Of a stretch of DNA of 27,430 nt, positions 8,740-16,913 are shown piece after piece. Location: NCBI GenBank assembly GCA_965656495.1, contig CBFHKU010000015.1, positions 1 to 27,430 of the forward strand. Reading direction: 5' to 3'. Position numbers and translations under genes: made by a program. Each line of letters starts with the position of its first letter. Position 1 is the stretch's first letter. Below the pieces are notes generated by a model. That model did not search any database. It was not told where the DNA came from and worked only from the letters and a program-made list of their open reading frames with translations. This stretch comes from Coraliomargaritaceae bacterium. GTDB lineage: Bacteria > Verrucomicrobiota > Verrucomicrobiia > Opitutales > Coraliomargaritaceae.

Positions 8740-9021
8740 GGAGCGCGGTGCTTTAGCCCGCGTTCGACCGACACACAGGCTTGCACGACGTAAACTGCGG
8801 CTAAAGCACGCAGCTACTACAAACGGTGCGCGGTTGCTTACGGAGCGCGGTGCTTTAGCCCGCGTTCAACCAATGCGCAGGCTCACACGACGAAAACTGC
8901 GGCTGAAGCACGCAGCTACTACAAACGGTGCGCGGTGCTTTAGCCCGCGTTCGACCGATGCGTAGGCTCACACAACAAAACTGCGGCTGAAGCACCCTAA
9001 AGGGCATACACACGCAGCTAC
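8740..9021 (+). repeat. Left REP/REPIN (BIME-like) array: three REP-A/REP-B doublets plus a partial REP-A
   Basis: REP-A GG(A/T)GCGCGGTGCTTTAGCCCGCG at 8740, 8842, 8927. Inverted REP-B CTGCGGCT(A/G)AAGCACGCAGCTAC at 8795, 8897, 8981 (the last has an 18-bp insertion). Confidence 0.95.
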
Positions 9022-9087
9022 TGCCTACTGCTTCCATCATCAGACTTTACCATCGCCATAAAACTAATCGCAGCCCAGTTTACCTGC

Positions 9088-9684
9088 ATGTGCTTCGAAC
9101 TTAAAACCAGATGTTTCTGGCGCGCACAACTTCCGCATTGGGAAATCGAATCGGGATACTATTTCATTACCATTCGATGCGCAAACTCACTGCCTCAATC
9201 AGTCACCCAGAAAATCAAAGAAGTCCACAAAAGCCTCGCAGCCATTGAACCGAGCAACGAAGCCTTTCTCCAACTCCAGCGTCAGTATTTTCAAGCAATT
9301 GATAAATATGCTGACACACATCAAGGCTTCTGCCCCTTTCGCACGGATAGCTGCGCACGCGCAGTCATACAGAGCTTCGAGGCATTGGCTACTTCCGGAT
9401 GGCAGATCAAGCATTACGCGCTTATGCCCAACCACGTGCATTTCATCGCACAAGTTCACCCCACTTCAGCGGACATGCACACCGTGCTCTCTCAGTGGAA
9501 GGGAGCAACCAGCCATACAGCCAATCAAATCCTGAACCGCTCGGGTGCCTTTTGGCAACGCGACTGGTTTGACCGCGTCATACGCAGCCAGGAAGCGTTC
9601 GAACGAGTTAAAGAATACATCCAACAAAACCCGGTCAAAGCAGGACTCTGTCAAGAGTGGCAGGCATACCCATACGTGCGCTAG
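9088..9684 (+). CDS. REP-associated tyrosine transposase (RAYT/TnpA-REP, Y1 HUH superfamily)
   Basis: LPHW, YFITI, HUH motif MPNHVH, FWQRDWFDRVIR, catalytic YIQQNP(VKAGL); flanked by GTAG-type REP arrays. Confidence 0.93.
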   Translation: MCFELKTRCFWRAQLPHWEIESGYYFITIRCANSLPQSVTQKIKEVHKSLAAIEPSNEAFLQLQRQYFQAIDKYADTHQGFCPFRTDSCARAVIQSFEALATSGWQIKHYALMPNHVHFIAQVHPTSADMHTVLSQWKGATSHTANQILNRSGAFWQRDWFDRVIRSQEAFERVKEYIQQNPVKAGLCQEWQAYPYVR

Positions 9685-9706
9685 AGCATCGCACCGCCAC
9701 GACGAA

Positions 9707-10171
9707 TAAAGCACGCAGCTACGGCTTACGGTGCGCGGTGCTTTAGCCCGCGTGCGACCAATACGTAGGCTTGCACGACGAAACTGCGGCTGAAGCACGC
9801 AGCTACTGCCAACGGTGCGCGGTGCTTTAGCCCGCGTTCGACCGACGACAAGCTGACACGACGAAAACTGCGGCTGAAGTACGCAGCTACGGCCAACGGA
9901 GCGCGGTGCTTTAGCCCGCGTGCGACCAACCCGCAGGCTTGCACGACGAAACTGCGGCTAAAGCACGCAGCTACGGCAAACGGTGCGCGGTGCTTCAGCC
10001 CGCGTTCGACCGATGCACAGGCTTACACGACGAAACTGCGGCTGAAGCACGCAGCTACGGCAAACGGTGCGCGGTGCTTTAGCCCGCGTTCGACCGATGC
10101 ACAGGCTTACACAACGAAACTGCGGTAAAGCACGCAGCTACGGCTTACGGTGCGCGGTGCTTTAGCCCGCG
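9707..10171 (+). repeat. Right REP/REPIN array: five full doublets with 84-bp period plus terminal half units
   Basis: REP-A starts at 9730, 9814, 9898, 9982, 10066, 10149. REP-B starts at 9784, 9868, 9952, 10036, 10120. Partial REP-B at 9707-9722. Confidence 0.95.
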
Positions 10172-10188
10172 TTTACCCCGCGGCATGC

Positions 10189-11190
10189 CTAGTCCATCGG
10201 CTGCAGCCAGATGTTGCGAAACTGCATTGTATTGACATGATCCTGAAGCTGTATGCGGACCTGCTTGGCTGTGGTTTTGATCGGCACCCGACTGTGGATC
10301 GTGCGGCCATTCAGGCGCACTGTGAGCAGCGCCGCATCGCCTTGCGCGTCGGGCATTTCAAGGACGACGTCATAGGCCTGCCACTCCAGCGGCGGGCCGG
10401 CCGCATCCAGCTTGGCGGGCTCGCGCTTGTAAAGTGCACCACACTCGTCCCAATAATTCGGTGTGGTATAGCTGTTGAGAATCTGCACCTCACCCAGCGG
10501 CAGGAAAAACAGGCCGCTGTTGCCACGCCCCTGGCCGGACTTGTTCGCCTCAACCGGATAGCGAAACTCCAGATGCAAGCGCATACTGCTGAACTCATCG
10601 CGCGTCTGAATATTCCCTCCGAGCCCCTGTGCCTGGTTGGCTTTGTCATGCTTGGTGACGGTTTGCATGGCAGCATCCACAATATCCCAACTAACGCCTC
10701 CCCCATCACTGTGCATCCAGCTAGCATAGTCGGATCCGTCGAACAGCACTGTCGCGCCGGCAGGAGGCTGGAGCCCCACCGTCGGCGAATCCAGGGGCAT
10801 TTTATTCAACACGAACTCGGTCCACTCTCCGTGCAGCTTCGCGCGTCCGCGCACTTCGGAACCACTGAAAACCACCTCGAAGCCTGATTGAGCTACGGCG
10901 ACCCGCTGATGCGTCGCAGGCACTTCGGCAATCAGGTAAGGTTTCGCGCGCTTATAAAGCTCCGGCAGAATCACGACCCGATAGTGTGAGCCGCCCCGGA
11001 CGGGCAACAACTGCGCGGCGATTGCAGGGTGCGCTTTCTCGTGCCCTTTCTTGGGCTGGATCCACTCGCCGCGCCAATCGCCCATCAAGGGATAGTCGGC
11101 GGGATCTTCAAAGCCAGCGGCACGCAGCACCGAGCTGCCCATCAAAAGGACGAGCAGCGCTGCCAGTAGAAGCGATTGAAATGCTTTCAT
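10189..11190 (-). CDS. DUF1080 (3-keto-glycoside hydrolase/hydratase family) protein, secreted
   Basis: Start refined to MKAFQSLLLAALLVLL. PPAGATVLFDGSD, LHLEFR, GQGRGNSG, EVQILNS, CGALY, EWQAYDV, IQLQDH..MQFRNIW. Confidence 0.9.
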   Translation of the reverse strand: MKAFQSLLLAALLVLLMGSSVLRAAGFEDPADYPLMGDWRGEWIQPKKGHEKAHPAIAAQLLPVRGGSHYRVVILPELYKRAKPYLIAEVPATHQRVAVAQSGFEVVFSGSEVRGRAKLHGEWTEFVLNKMPLDSPTVGLQPPAGATVLFDGSDYASWMHSDGGGVSWDIVDAAMQTVTKHDKANQAQGLGGNIQTRDEFSSMRLHLEFRYPVEANKSGQGRGNSGLFFLPLGEVQILNSYTTPNYWDECGALYKREPAKLDAAGPPLEWQAYDVVLEMPDAQGDAALLTVRLNGRTIHSRVPIKTTAKQVRIQLQDHVNTMQFRNIWLQPMD

Positions 11191-11221
11191 GTGAATTGTA
11201 TTTAAAGAACCACTACAGGGC

Positions 11222-12658
11222 TTACAGCATACCATACCAGCTCTGTTCCGGATGCGGGCGGGTAAAGTGCTGCACATCTTCGGGCCTGACCGGGATACCG
11301 GTTTTCGGATCGACATCGATCGCGTGGCCGGCACGCAGGGCGGAGTTGCCCATCTGTGCGATGGCACTCAGATAAGCACCATACTCGAAGCTGGAGACGG
11401 TAGCATCCCACTCCTTTTCGCCGCGAATCGCTGCCACCCAGTCGTCGCCATGATTCAGAAAGGAGTTCCCTTTGATCACCGGATGCAGCTGCTCCACGCG
11501 GCCAATGTCACGGCGCTTCTGCTCGGGAATGAGAAAGCCGGAAGCATTATGCCCCTCATTAAAGAGGAAGGTGCCCTTCGTCCCCTTCCAGTAGCAACCG
11601 TGCTTCGATACAGGCCAACGCTTATCCGCTTCCAAATCATCCGGTCGTGGTGGCTGGAATGCGGGATCCTTAAACTGCGCGGTGTGGAAATACATATCCA
11701 GTTGCGGCTTCCCTTGACGTGCTGGGAAAGTCCATTTGACCGTCATTCCTTTGGGGAACTGCTCGCCATTGAACTCGGTAGCTTTCAGGACCTCAACTTT
11801 GGAGGGATAGCCGATATCGCCCAACGTTTTAAAGATTCCGCCAAACACATGACAGCCCCAGTCGCCGATGTAGCCGCCACCAAACGGAATCCACCAGCGC
11901 CACGCACCGGGGTGAATGCCATTTCTGTATGCATGCTCGCCAGCCGGACCACACCAGTTCGACCAATCCAACCCCTCAGGAATCGCAGTCCCGACATCCG
12001 GGAACGTTTGCACCGCGGCATCGCGCGCCCCGTCCGAATAGATCCAGCCGTGCACTTCCACAATATCGCCCAAGTGACCGTGCTGGTAGTAGGCATCGGC
12101 GACACGCCAGGCGTTGGACGAATTCCCCTGATTACCCATCTGCGTGGGCACCTTCGACTCGGCGGCAGCCTCACGTAGCAGAAAGCCCTCATGCGGACTC
12201 CAGCAGATCGGCTTCTCGCAATAAATCGGCTTACCGTGCTCCAGCGCCAACTTGGCTATGCCAAAATGGTGGTGGTCGACACTGCCGCACAACACGGCAT
12301 CAAACGCATCCCCATACTGCTCAAACGCGGTGCGGTAATCCATGGTGCGAATCGCATCCGGGAAACACTTCGGGAAACTGATTTCCGGACGGGCAATCAT
12401 CGGGTTGACCGAATCCATGCGGCGCTCATCCGCATCACACAGCAGCGTCGCAATATGACGACGCTTAGACGTGCCCGCCCACGACAATGCGTGCGCGTGG
12501 GTGATATTACCGAGCCCCATTACCGCTAAGCGGAGCGGCTTATGCTTCGGCGCAGTCTGGCCTATTGAGAAGCGCGGCAACACAAATGCGCCCGCACCAG
12601 CAGCGAGGCCCGCCTTCAAAAAATTTCGACGCGAGGGGGTGTATAGTTTGTTATTCAT
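11222..12658 (-). CDS. Gfo/Idh/MocA family oxidoreductase with Tat signal
   Basis: SRRNFLK, LAVMGLG, DHHH, KPIYCEKP, TQMGNQG, LDWSNWCGPA, WRWW..FGGGYIGDWGCH. Start refined to MNNKLY. Confidence 0.93.
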   Translation of the reverse strand: MNNKLYTPSRRNFLKAGLAAGAGAFVLPRFSIGQTAPKHKPLRLAVMGLGNITHAHALSWAGTSKRRHIATLLCDADERRMDSVNPMIARPEISFPKCFPDAIRTMDYRTAFEQYGDAFDAVLCGSVDHHHFGIAKLALEHGKPIYCEKPICWSPHEGFLLREAAAESKVPTQMGNQGNSSNAWRVADAYYQHGHLGDIVEVHGWIYSDGARDAAVQTFPDVGTAIPEGLDWSNWCGPAGEHAYRNGIHPGAWRWWIPFGGGYIGDWGCHVFGGIFKTLGDIGYPSKVEVLKATEFNGEQFPKGMTVKWTFPARQGKPQLDMYFHTAQFKDPAFQPPRPDDLEADKRWPVSKHGCYWKGTKGTFLFNEGHNASGFLIPEQKRRDIGRVEQLHPVIKGNSFLNHGDDWVAAIRGEKEWDATVSSFEYGAYLSAIAQMGNSALRAGHAIDVDPKTGIPVRPEDVQHFTRPHPEQSWYGML

Positions 12659-12880
12659 AATTGTTTCTAATGGCTTTAAATTCATTCAATGGCTTCATCA
12701 ACAGATCATGCACCCCTCAAAGCAACAGGCAAATCTGTCACGTGCCAATCAAGGCAAATGCTTGTTAATGTATTTCTTTAAGTCGCTCGTTCTATACAAA
12801 ACATAGCATGAACAGCCGCATTCATACCGCAGTCTAGTTCGCACGTAGGCTGACGCAGTGCCACGCACGTAGATTCATTT

Positions 12881-14149
12881 CTAAAGCTCGTATTGGGGGA
12901 TGCGCATCCACTCTCCGTCCTTGAGCGCCGATTGATGCGCAACCACGCCGGCGAGCGTCATGTTAAGTGCTTCGCTAATACCAACCGTTGGGTATTTATC
13001 CAATAGGATCGACTCGATAAAATCGTTCGTCAGGTAGCCGTGTGACGCGCCATGATGCGGGCCGTTCGCTCCCGGCGGCAACGGCGGACGGTGAATCATG
13101 CGCTTACCAAAAATCTTGCTACCGTAGACGCGGCCTTTTTCGCCATGTGCGTTTTTCATATCCCACGCGATCGCCATACGTGAGATGCCACCATCACTGG
13201 TTTTAAAGAGCCCGACCTCATTGCCGAAGGGATTTTGGTGAGGATTGTTTTCGGGTTGGAACTGTATATTCTCGCTCTTGGTGCCCAGCGCAGAGACCTC
13301 GGTTAAGCGACCGCCCGTAATCGAAACATAGTATGCGGTTGCATGTGTGGGATACCACATGGGAACCAGACCACGGCGCCAACCATCAAGATCAATTTTC
13401 CCATTCTTAGGATTAAAACTCCCGATCCCCTTGGCCCCGAAACCATGATAGTATTCACCTTCTGAATACTTAATATCTCCAAGTGTCCCCGCTTGATGCT
13501 GCACTCGTGCATTATAGTTCTCCGCATGAAACGAGGACGTTTCATTCATCATGTAGATCTTACCGCTACGTTTGACGGCGTTGAAAAGCGCGTCGGCCTG
13601 TTCAAAAGCGGTAAAGCCAAAAACAGCCGGACAGGAAACCGCGACATGCTTGCCGTGTTCCAGTGCTAGGATGGATAAACGGGCATGACTCGGCGCATCC
13701 GTTGCAATGTAAACGGCTTCGATGTCCTTATCCTTGATCATCTCCTCGCAGGAAGGATAGGTCTTCTTCGCCCCCACGGCTTCAGCCAGCTCCGCACAAC
13801 GCACAGGATCCAGATCCGTGGCCGCAACTACCTCAACATTGGGGTGGTTTTGATAGAACCAGGTTGCACCGAATTTGCAGAACCCGTATCCGGCAATGCC
13901 GACCTTGACCTTTCGGTCAGAAACGGGCTGCCAACCCTCGCCCCAATAACTCTTGCCCTGTTCGGTTTCTTCGAACCCGGAGATGACTTTCCCATCAGCG
14001 TCTCTTGGCAGCAAAATTCGTCCATCCGCACCGCGCTCAGCGCTTGCCGTTCCCGCCATACCGACCGCTCCTAGGGCGACGCCCCACTTGCCTGCCGTTG
14101 ACATAAATTGTCTCCGAGAAAGTCCACTCCGTTCATCTTCACGCATCAT
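12881..14149 (-). CDS. Gfo/Idh/MocA family oxidoreductase with Tat signal
   Basis: SRRQFM, KVKVGIAGYG, IEAVYIATDAPSH, GKHV, YMMNETS, YSEGEYYH, WYPTH, HGASH. Confidence 0.9.
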   Translation of the reverse strand: MMREDERSGLSRRQFMSTAGKWGVALGAVGMAGTASAERGADGRILLPRDADGKVISGFEETEQGKSYWGEGWQPVSDRKVKVGIAGYGFCKFGATWFYQNHPNVEVVAATDLDPVRCAELAEAVGAKKTYPSCEEMIKDKDIEAVYIATDAPSHARLSILALEHGKHVAVSCPAVFGFTAFEQADALFNAVKRSGKIYMMNETSSFHAENYNARVQHQAGTLGDIKYSEGEYYHGFGAKGIGSFNPKNGKIDLDGWRRGLVPMWYPTHATAYYVSITGGRLTEVSALGTKSENIQFQPENNPHQNPFGNEVGLFKTSDGGISRMAIAWDMKNAHGEKGRVYGSKIFGKRMIHRPPLPPGANGPHHGASHGYLTNDFIESILLDKYPTVGISEALNMTLAGVVAHQSALKDGEWMRIPQYEL

Positions 14150-14215
14150 ACTATTCTCCTTTGATTTATTTTCATCTCGTTTGATTGTATCTGTATATTT
14201 TGAGGCACTCTCTCA

Positions 14216-14419
14216 CTATTGCTCGACCTTCATCGCCTCCAAGTCAGCGTCGATTCCTTCCGATGTCACCCGACCGTTCGGCCAATACCAGAAGACACTC
14301 GGCGAACACTCGCTCGGTGGATGTTCGAACTCCTTGACCAAAGATTGACCAGAAAGTCCATTCATCGCCAGCGCCGACAGCACAAGCAGTCGGAACAGCT
14401 TTCCAATCATCACATTCAT
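14216..14419 (-). pseudogene. Truncated N-terminal fragment of a GH106 (alpha-L-rhamnosidase-like) glycoside hydrolase
   Basis: Signal peptide, then FEHPPSECSPSVFWYWPNGRVTSEGIDADLEAMK, matching the GH106-type N-terminal FxxPP...WxWxNG.VT.EGI..DLEAMK pattern. Stops (TAG TGA) where GIGG would follow. Confidence 0.75.
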
Positions 14420-14558
14420 TCGTTTCAGATACTTAATCGTCAAAATTCCTAGGGGAGGAGGCGCGACATCTTAGGCAGAAATGCAATGAGCTTGCCTGCC
14501 ATTTCTGGCTAACAAGACAGCTCGATACAGGGGATCGGGGCACTTACACGTCGGACAT

Positions 14559-14617
14559 CGAATAGACCTAGGAGTCTATTCGTGTTACCACCCTTAATTA
14601 TATGCAAATTTGTCATA
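14559..14617. promoter_or_regulatory. Palindromes in the divergent promoter region
   Basis: CGAATAGAC-CTAGGA-GTCTATTCG (14559-14582) and near-palindrome TATGCAAATTTGTCATA (14601-14617). Confidence 0.35.
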
Positions 14618-14719
14618 CTTAAATCAAGGCAGTTTTACGTTTTTCTATTCGCTGCCATTGGTATCTGGCCAAGCCAGTGAATTCCAGTTGCCCGTAATCC
14701 TCATCCCGCCAACATACGC

Positions 14720-15607
14720 ATGATGCTTCGTAGAGTTTTACTATCCCTCAGCCTGCTAGCTTCCTACTCTGTATCCGCCAAAGATCGGGTCTTCGCCGAA
14801 GACTCTGAGTGGCAGGTCATTTCAGAGGGGCACCAATTCGCCGAAGGCATGGCTTGGGATACTGAAGGGCATTTTTTCTTCACCGACGTCCCTCGCAACC
14901 AACTCTTCAGAGTGGATGCAAAGACCGGCGAGCAAACACTCTTCGATGGTGACACCGGCGAAACCAACGGCATCGCACTGGCGCCTGACGGCCGCATCTA
15001 CGGATGCGCCAGCGGAGCCAAAGGGATCCATAGTTGGGATCCCAAAACAGGCGAGCGAACCACGATCGAAACCGGCACGCTCTCCAACGACATCGCCATC
15101 CTCAAAAACGGCACGATCTTCTACACCGACCCGCGTTCCAAAACGGTTTGGCGCTTGGAAGCCGGTAGTCACGAACTGTCCAAGGCGGTCACACTCCCCT
15201 GGTTACCCAATGGCATTACACTTTCCAAAGATCAGAAAACACTACTGGTCGCCGAATTCTTTTCCAACACCATCCATGGCTTTCCGATCGGCAAAGATTC
15301 GAAGCTGAGCGGTAACAGTTATCCCGCTTACAAAGTTGCAACGCCTTCCGATCAGGTCGGATACCTCGATGGCATGCTCCCCCTCCCCGATGGACGCCTA
15401 CTAAGCGGCACTTCGCTCGGTGCGCAAATCGTTCCTCCAATACACGGAGGCGCAGGTGCCGCAGATCAACACATCGTCATCCCCTCGCCGGAAGGCCGCC
15501 CGCGCTGCAACTACGTGCGCATCAGCCCGGATAGAAAGTGGCTGTATACCGCTTATCGCGATGATCTGCTGCGGCGACGCTTGGTCGATGGTTTCGGCCA
15601 GCGCTGA
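14720..15607 (+). CDS. SMP-30/gluconolactonase/LRE family beta-propeller protein, secreted
   Basis: FAEGMAWD, FFFTDV, TNGIALAPDG, SNDIAI, IFYTDP, PNGITLSKDQKTLLVAE, LDGM; signal peptide. Confidence 0.9.
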   Translation: MMLRRVLLSLSLLASYSVSAKDRVFAEDSEWQVISEGHQFAEGMAWDTEGHFFFTDVPRNQLFRVDAKTGEQTLFDGDTGETNGIALAPDGRIYGCASGAKGIHSWDPKTGERTTIETGTLSNDIAILKNGTIFYTDPRSKTVWRLEAGSHELSKAVTLPWLPNGITLSKDQKTLLVAEFFSNTIHGFPIGKDSKLSGNSYPAYKVATPSDQVGYLDGMLPLPDGRLLSGTSLGAQIVPPIHGGAGAADQHIVIPSPEGRPRCNYVRISPDRKWLYTAYRDDLLRRRLVDGFGQR

Positions 15608-15645
15608 GTTTGGCAGGTGAGCCAAGTGCAGCGGTAGCAATGTCG

Positions 15646-16794
15646 CTAGTGTGCGGCCAGAACTTCGTCTGCACACGGCGAAGCAATCGTCTCCCCTTTG
15701 ATTGAGAAGGGCGACAGAAGCACCGTGCCGATGCTCCACTCACGATTCAAGTTTTGCTGACGCAGCAAATCAAAGCACATTTCGATTTCTCTCTCTGGCG
15801 AGAAACCGACACCACTCATTTTCAGGCCGACACTCAAGTCTGATTGATCCGGGCTGGCACATGCGACACTGATCTGTCCCGGAATCTGCACGCCGAGAGC
15901 AGTCAGCGCCTGAGTCACTTGATCACCGCGCTCATGACACATACAAGCATAGGCCGTGATTTCCGATTGCTCCTTGATAAAGGATTGGCAGGCAAGCGTG
16001 TCTCGCTTACCGATTTGGAGGGTTTGATCATATAAGTCCTCGCGAACCGAGAGGCCCGCTTCCATCATCGCGCGACGATATCCGCGATAAAAGGTACGAT
16101 TCAATTCTATCGTATAGCCTGGCCATGCAAATGGCGCAATTTGCTGATGCCCCCGCTCAATCAAATCAGAGGTCAACTGATAAAACGCCATCTCGTAGTC
16201 GGAAGCAACACAAGGCGTAGAGCGGTGGTCGGGTTCGCACCAGAAAACCAGCGGAATGCGATCTTCCAAGAGCCCATCAACATCACCACGGGCAAATGGC
16301 ACGAGCGAAACGATTCCCTTGACGCTTTCATCAAAAACCTCCCCCACACGGTTCAGATCGTTCCAATTCTGGTGTTCCTCCGCATACACCACACGGGTCT
16401 GGTAATTGCGATCTGCCGCATACTTCATAAAACGATGTACCAATATCCGTTCAAAGCCCAAATGTTCCAACTCGCGTTCATTCTTGGGGTTGGAATGCAA
16501 AACAATCCCCATCGTACCAAGCGGCTGCCCCTTAGGAGTCATCGATTTTAAATATATGCCAGAACGATTTTCCTGTCGCACATAGCCCTCAGCTCCAAGC
16601 CGTTCAATCGCCTGTTGGACTGGCATACGACTTACCAGGCACTGATTGGCCATTATCATCATACTGGGCAATTTTTCTCCAATTTCCCAGCGCCCAGCAT
16701 GAATCTCTTCACGCAAAATAGCGTGAATTTGATCTGCAAGGAGGACTTGACTGGAGCGAACAATGGGGTGACCTAGTAGTTTTGGCGTCTTCAT
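15646..16794 (-). CDS. Transcriptional regulator, GntR-type HTH fused to a LacI-like ligand-binding domain (AraR-like architecture)
   Basis: QIHAILREEIHAGRWEIGEKLPS...VSRMPVQQAIERLGAEGYVRQENRSGIY; C-terminal CVASD, LIERGHQQI, GYRRAMMEAGL, IPGQISV. Confidence 0.88.
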   Translation of the reverse strand: MKTPKLLGHPIVRSSQVLLADQIHAILREEIHAGRWEIGEKLPSMMIMANQCLVSRMPVQQAIERLGAEGYVRQENRSGIYLKSMTPKGQPLGTMGIVLHSNPKNERELEHLGFERILVHRFMKYAADRNYQTRVVYAEEHQNWNDLNRVGEVFDESVKGIVSLVPFARGDVDGLLEDRIPLVFWCEPDHRSTPCVASDYEMAFYQLTSDLIERGHQQIAPFAWPGYTIELNRTFYRGYRRAMMEAGLSVREDLYDQTLQIGKRDTLACQSFIKEQSEITAYACMCHERGDQVTQALTALGVQIPGQISVACASPDQSDLSVGLKMSGVGFSPEREIEMCFDLLRQQNLNREWSIGTVLLSPFSIKGETIASPCADEVLAAH

Positions 16795-16833
16795 TTACAA
16801 AAACATTGTCATCTTGAATCTGTCATATCAAAT

Positions 16834-16871
16834 AAAAAACCTCCTAAACCCGAAGGTCAAAGGAGGCTTTT
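16834..16871 (-). terminator. Rho-independent terminator of the upstream sulfatase run
   Basis: Minus strand reads GCCTCCTTTGACC-TTCG-GGTTTAGGAGGT then TTTTTATTT (cUUCGg tetraloop and U tract), about 40 bp after the 16914 stop. Confidence 0.8.
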
Positions 16872-16913
16872 GATGCACAAAGCACCAAGAAAAACTAGGT
16901 ACGCTCTGCTTTT

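Noticed and set aside
9088..9684. IS200/IS605 element with TnpB
   Set aside because: No tnpB and no single pair of subterminal hairpins; the motifs and multi-copy REP flanks fit RAYT better.
8213..9944. Short minus-strand ORFs 8213..8422, 8855..9040, 9466..9798, 9726..9944
   Set aside because: Translations of repeat DNA or antisense to the RAYT; the 84-bp period is a multiple of three, which produces spurious repetitive peptides.
8740..10171. CRISPR array interpretation of the regular repeats
   Set aside because: The linkers are homologous to each other rather than unique spacers, each unit is an inverted REP pair with a GTAG foot, there are no cas genes, and the adjacent gene is a RAYT.
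10150..12178. Plus-strand ORFs 10150..10887 and 11252..12178
   Set aside because: Antisense to the DUF1080 and oxidoreductase genes; the first starts inside a REP.
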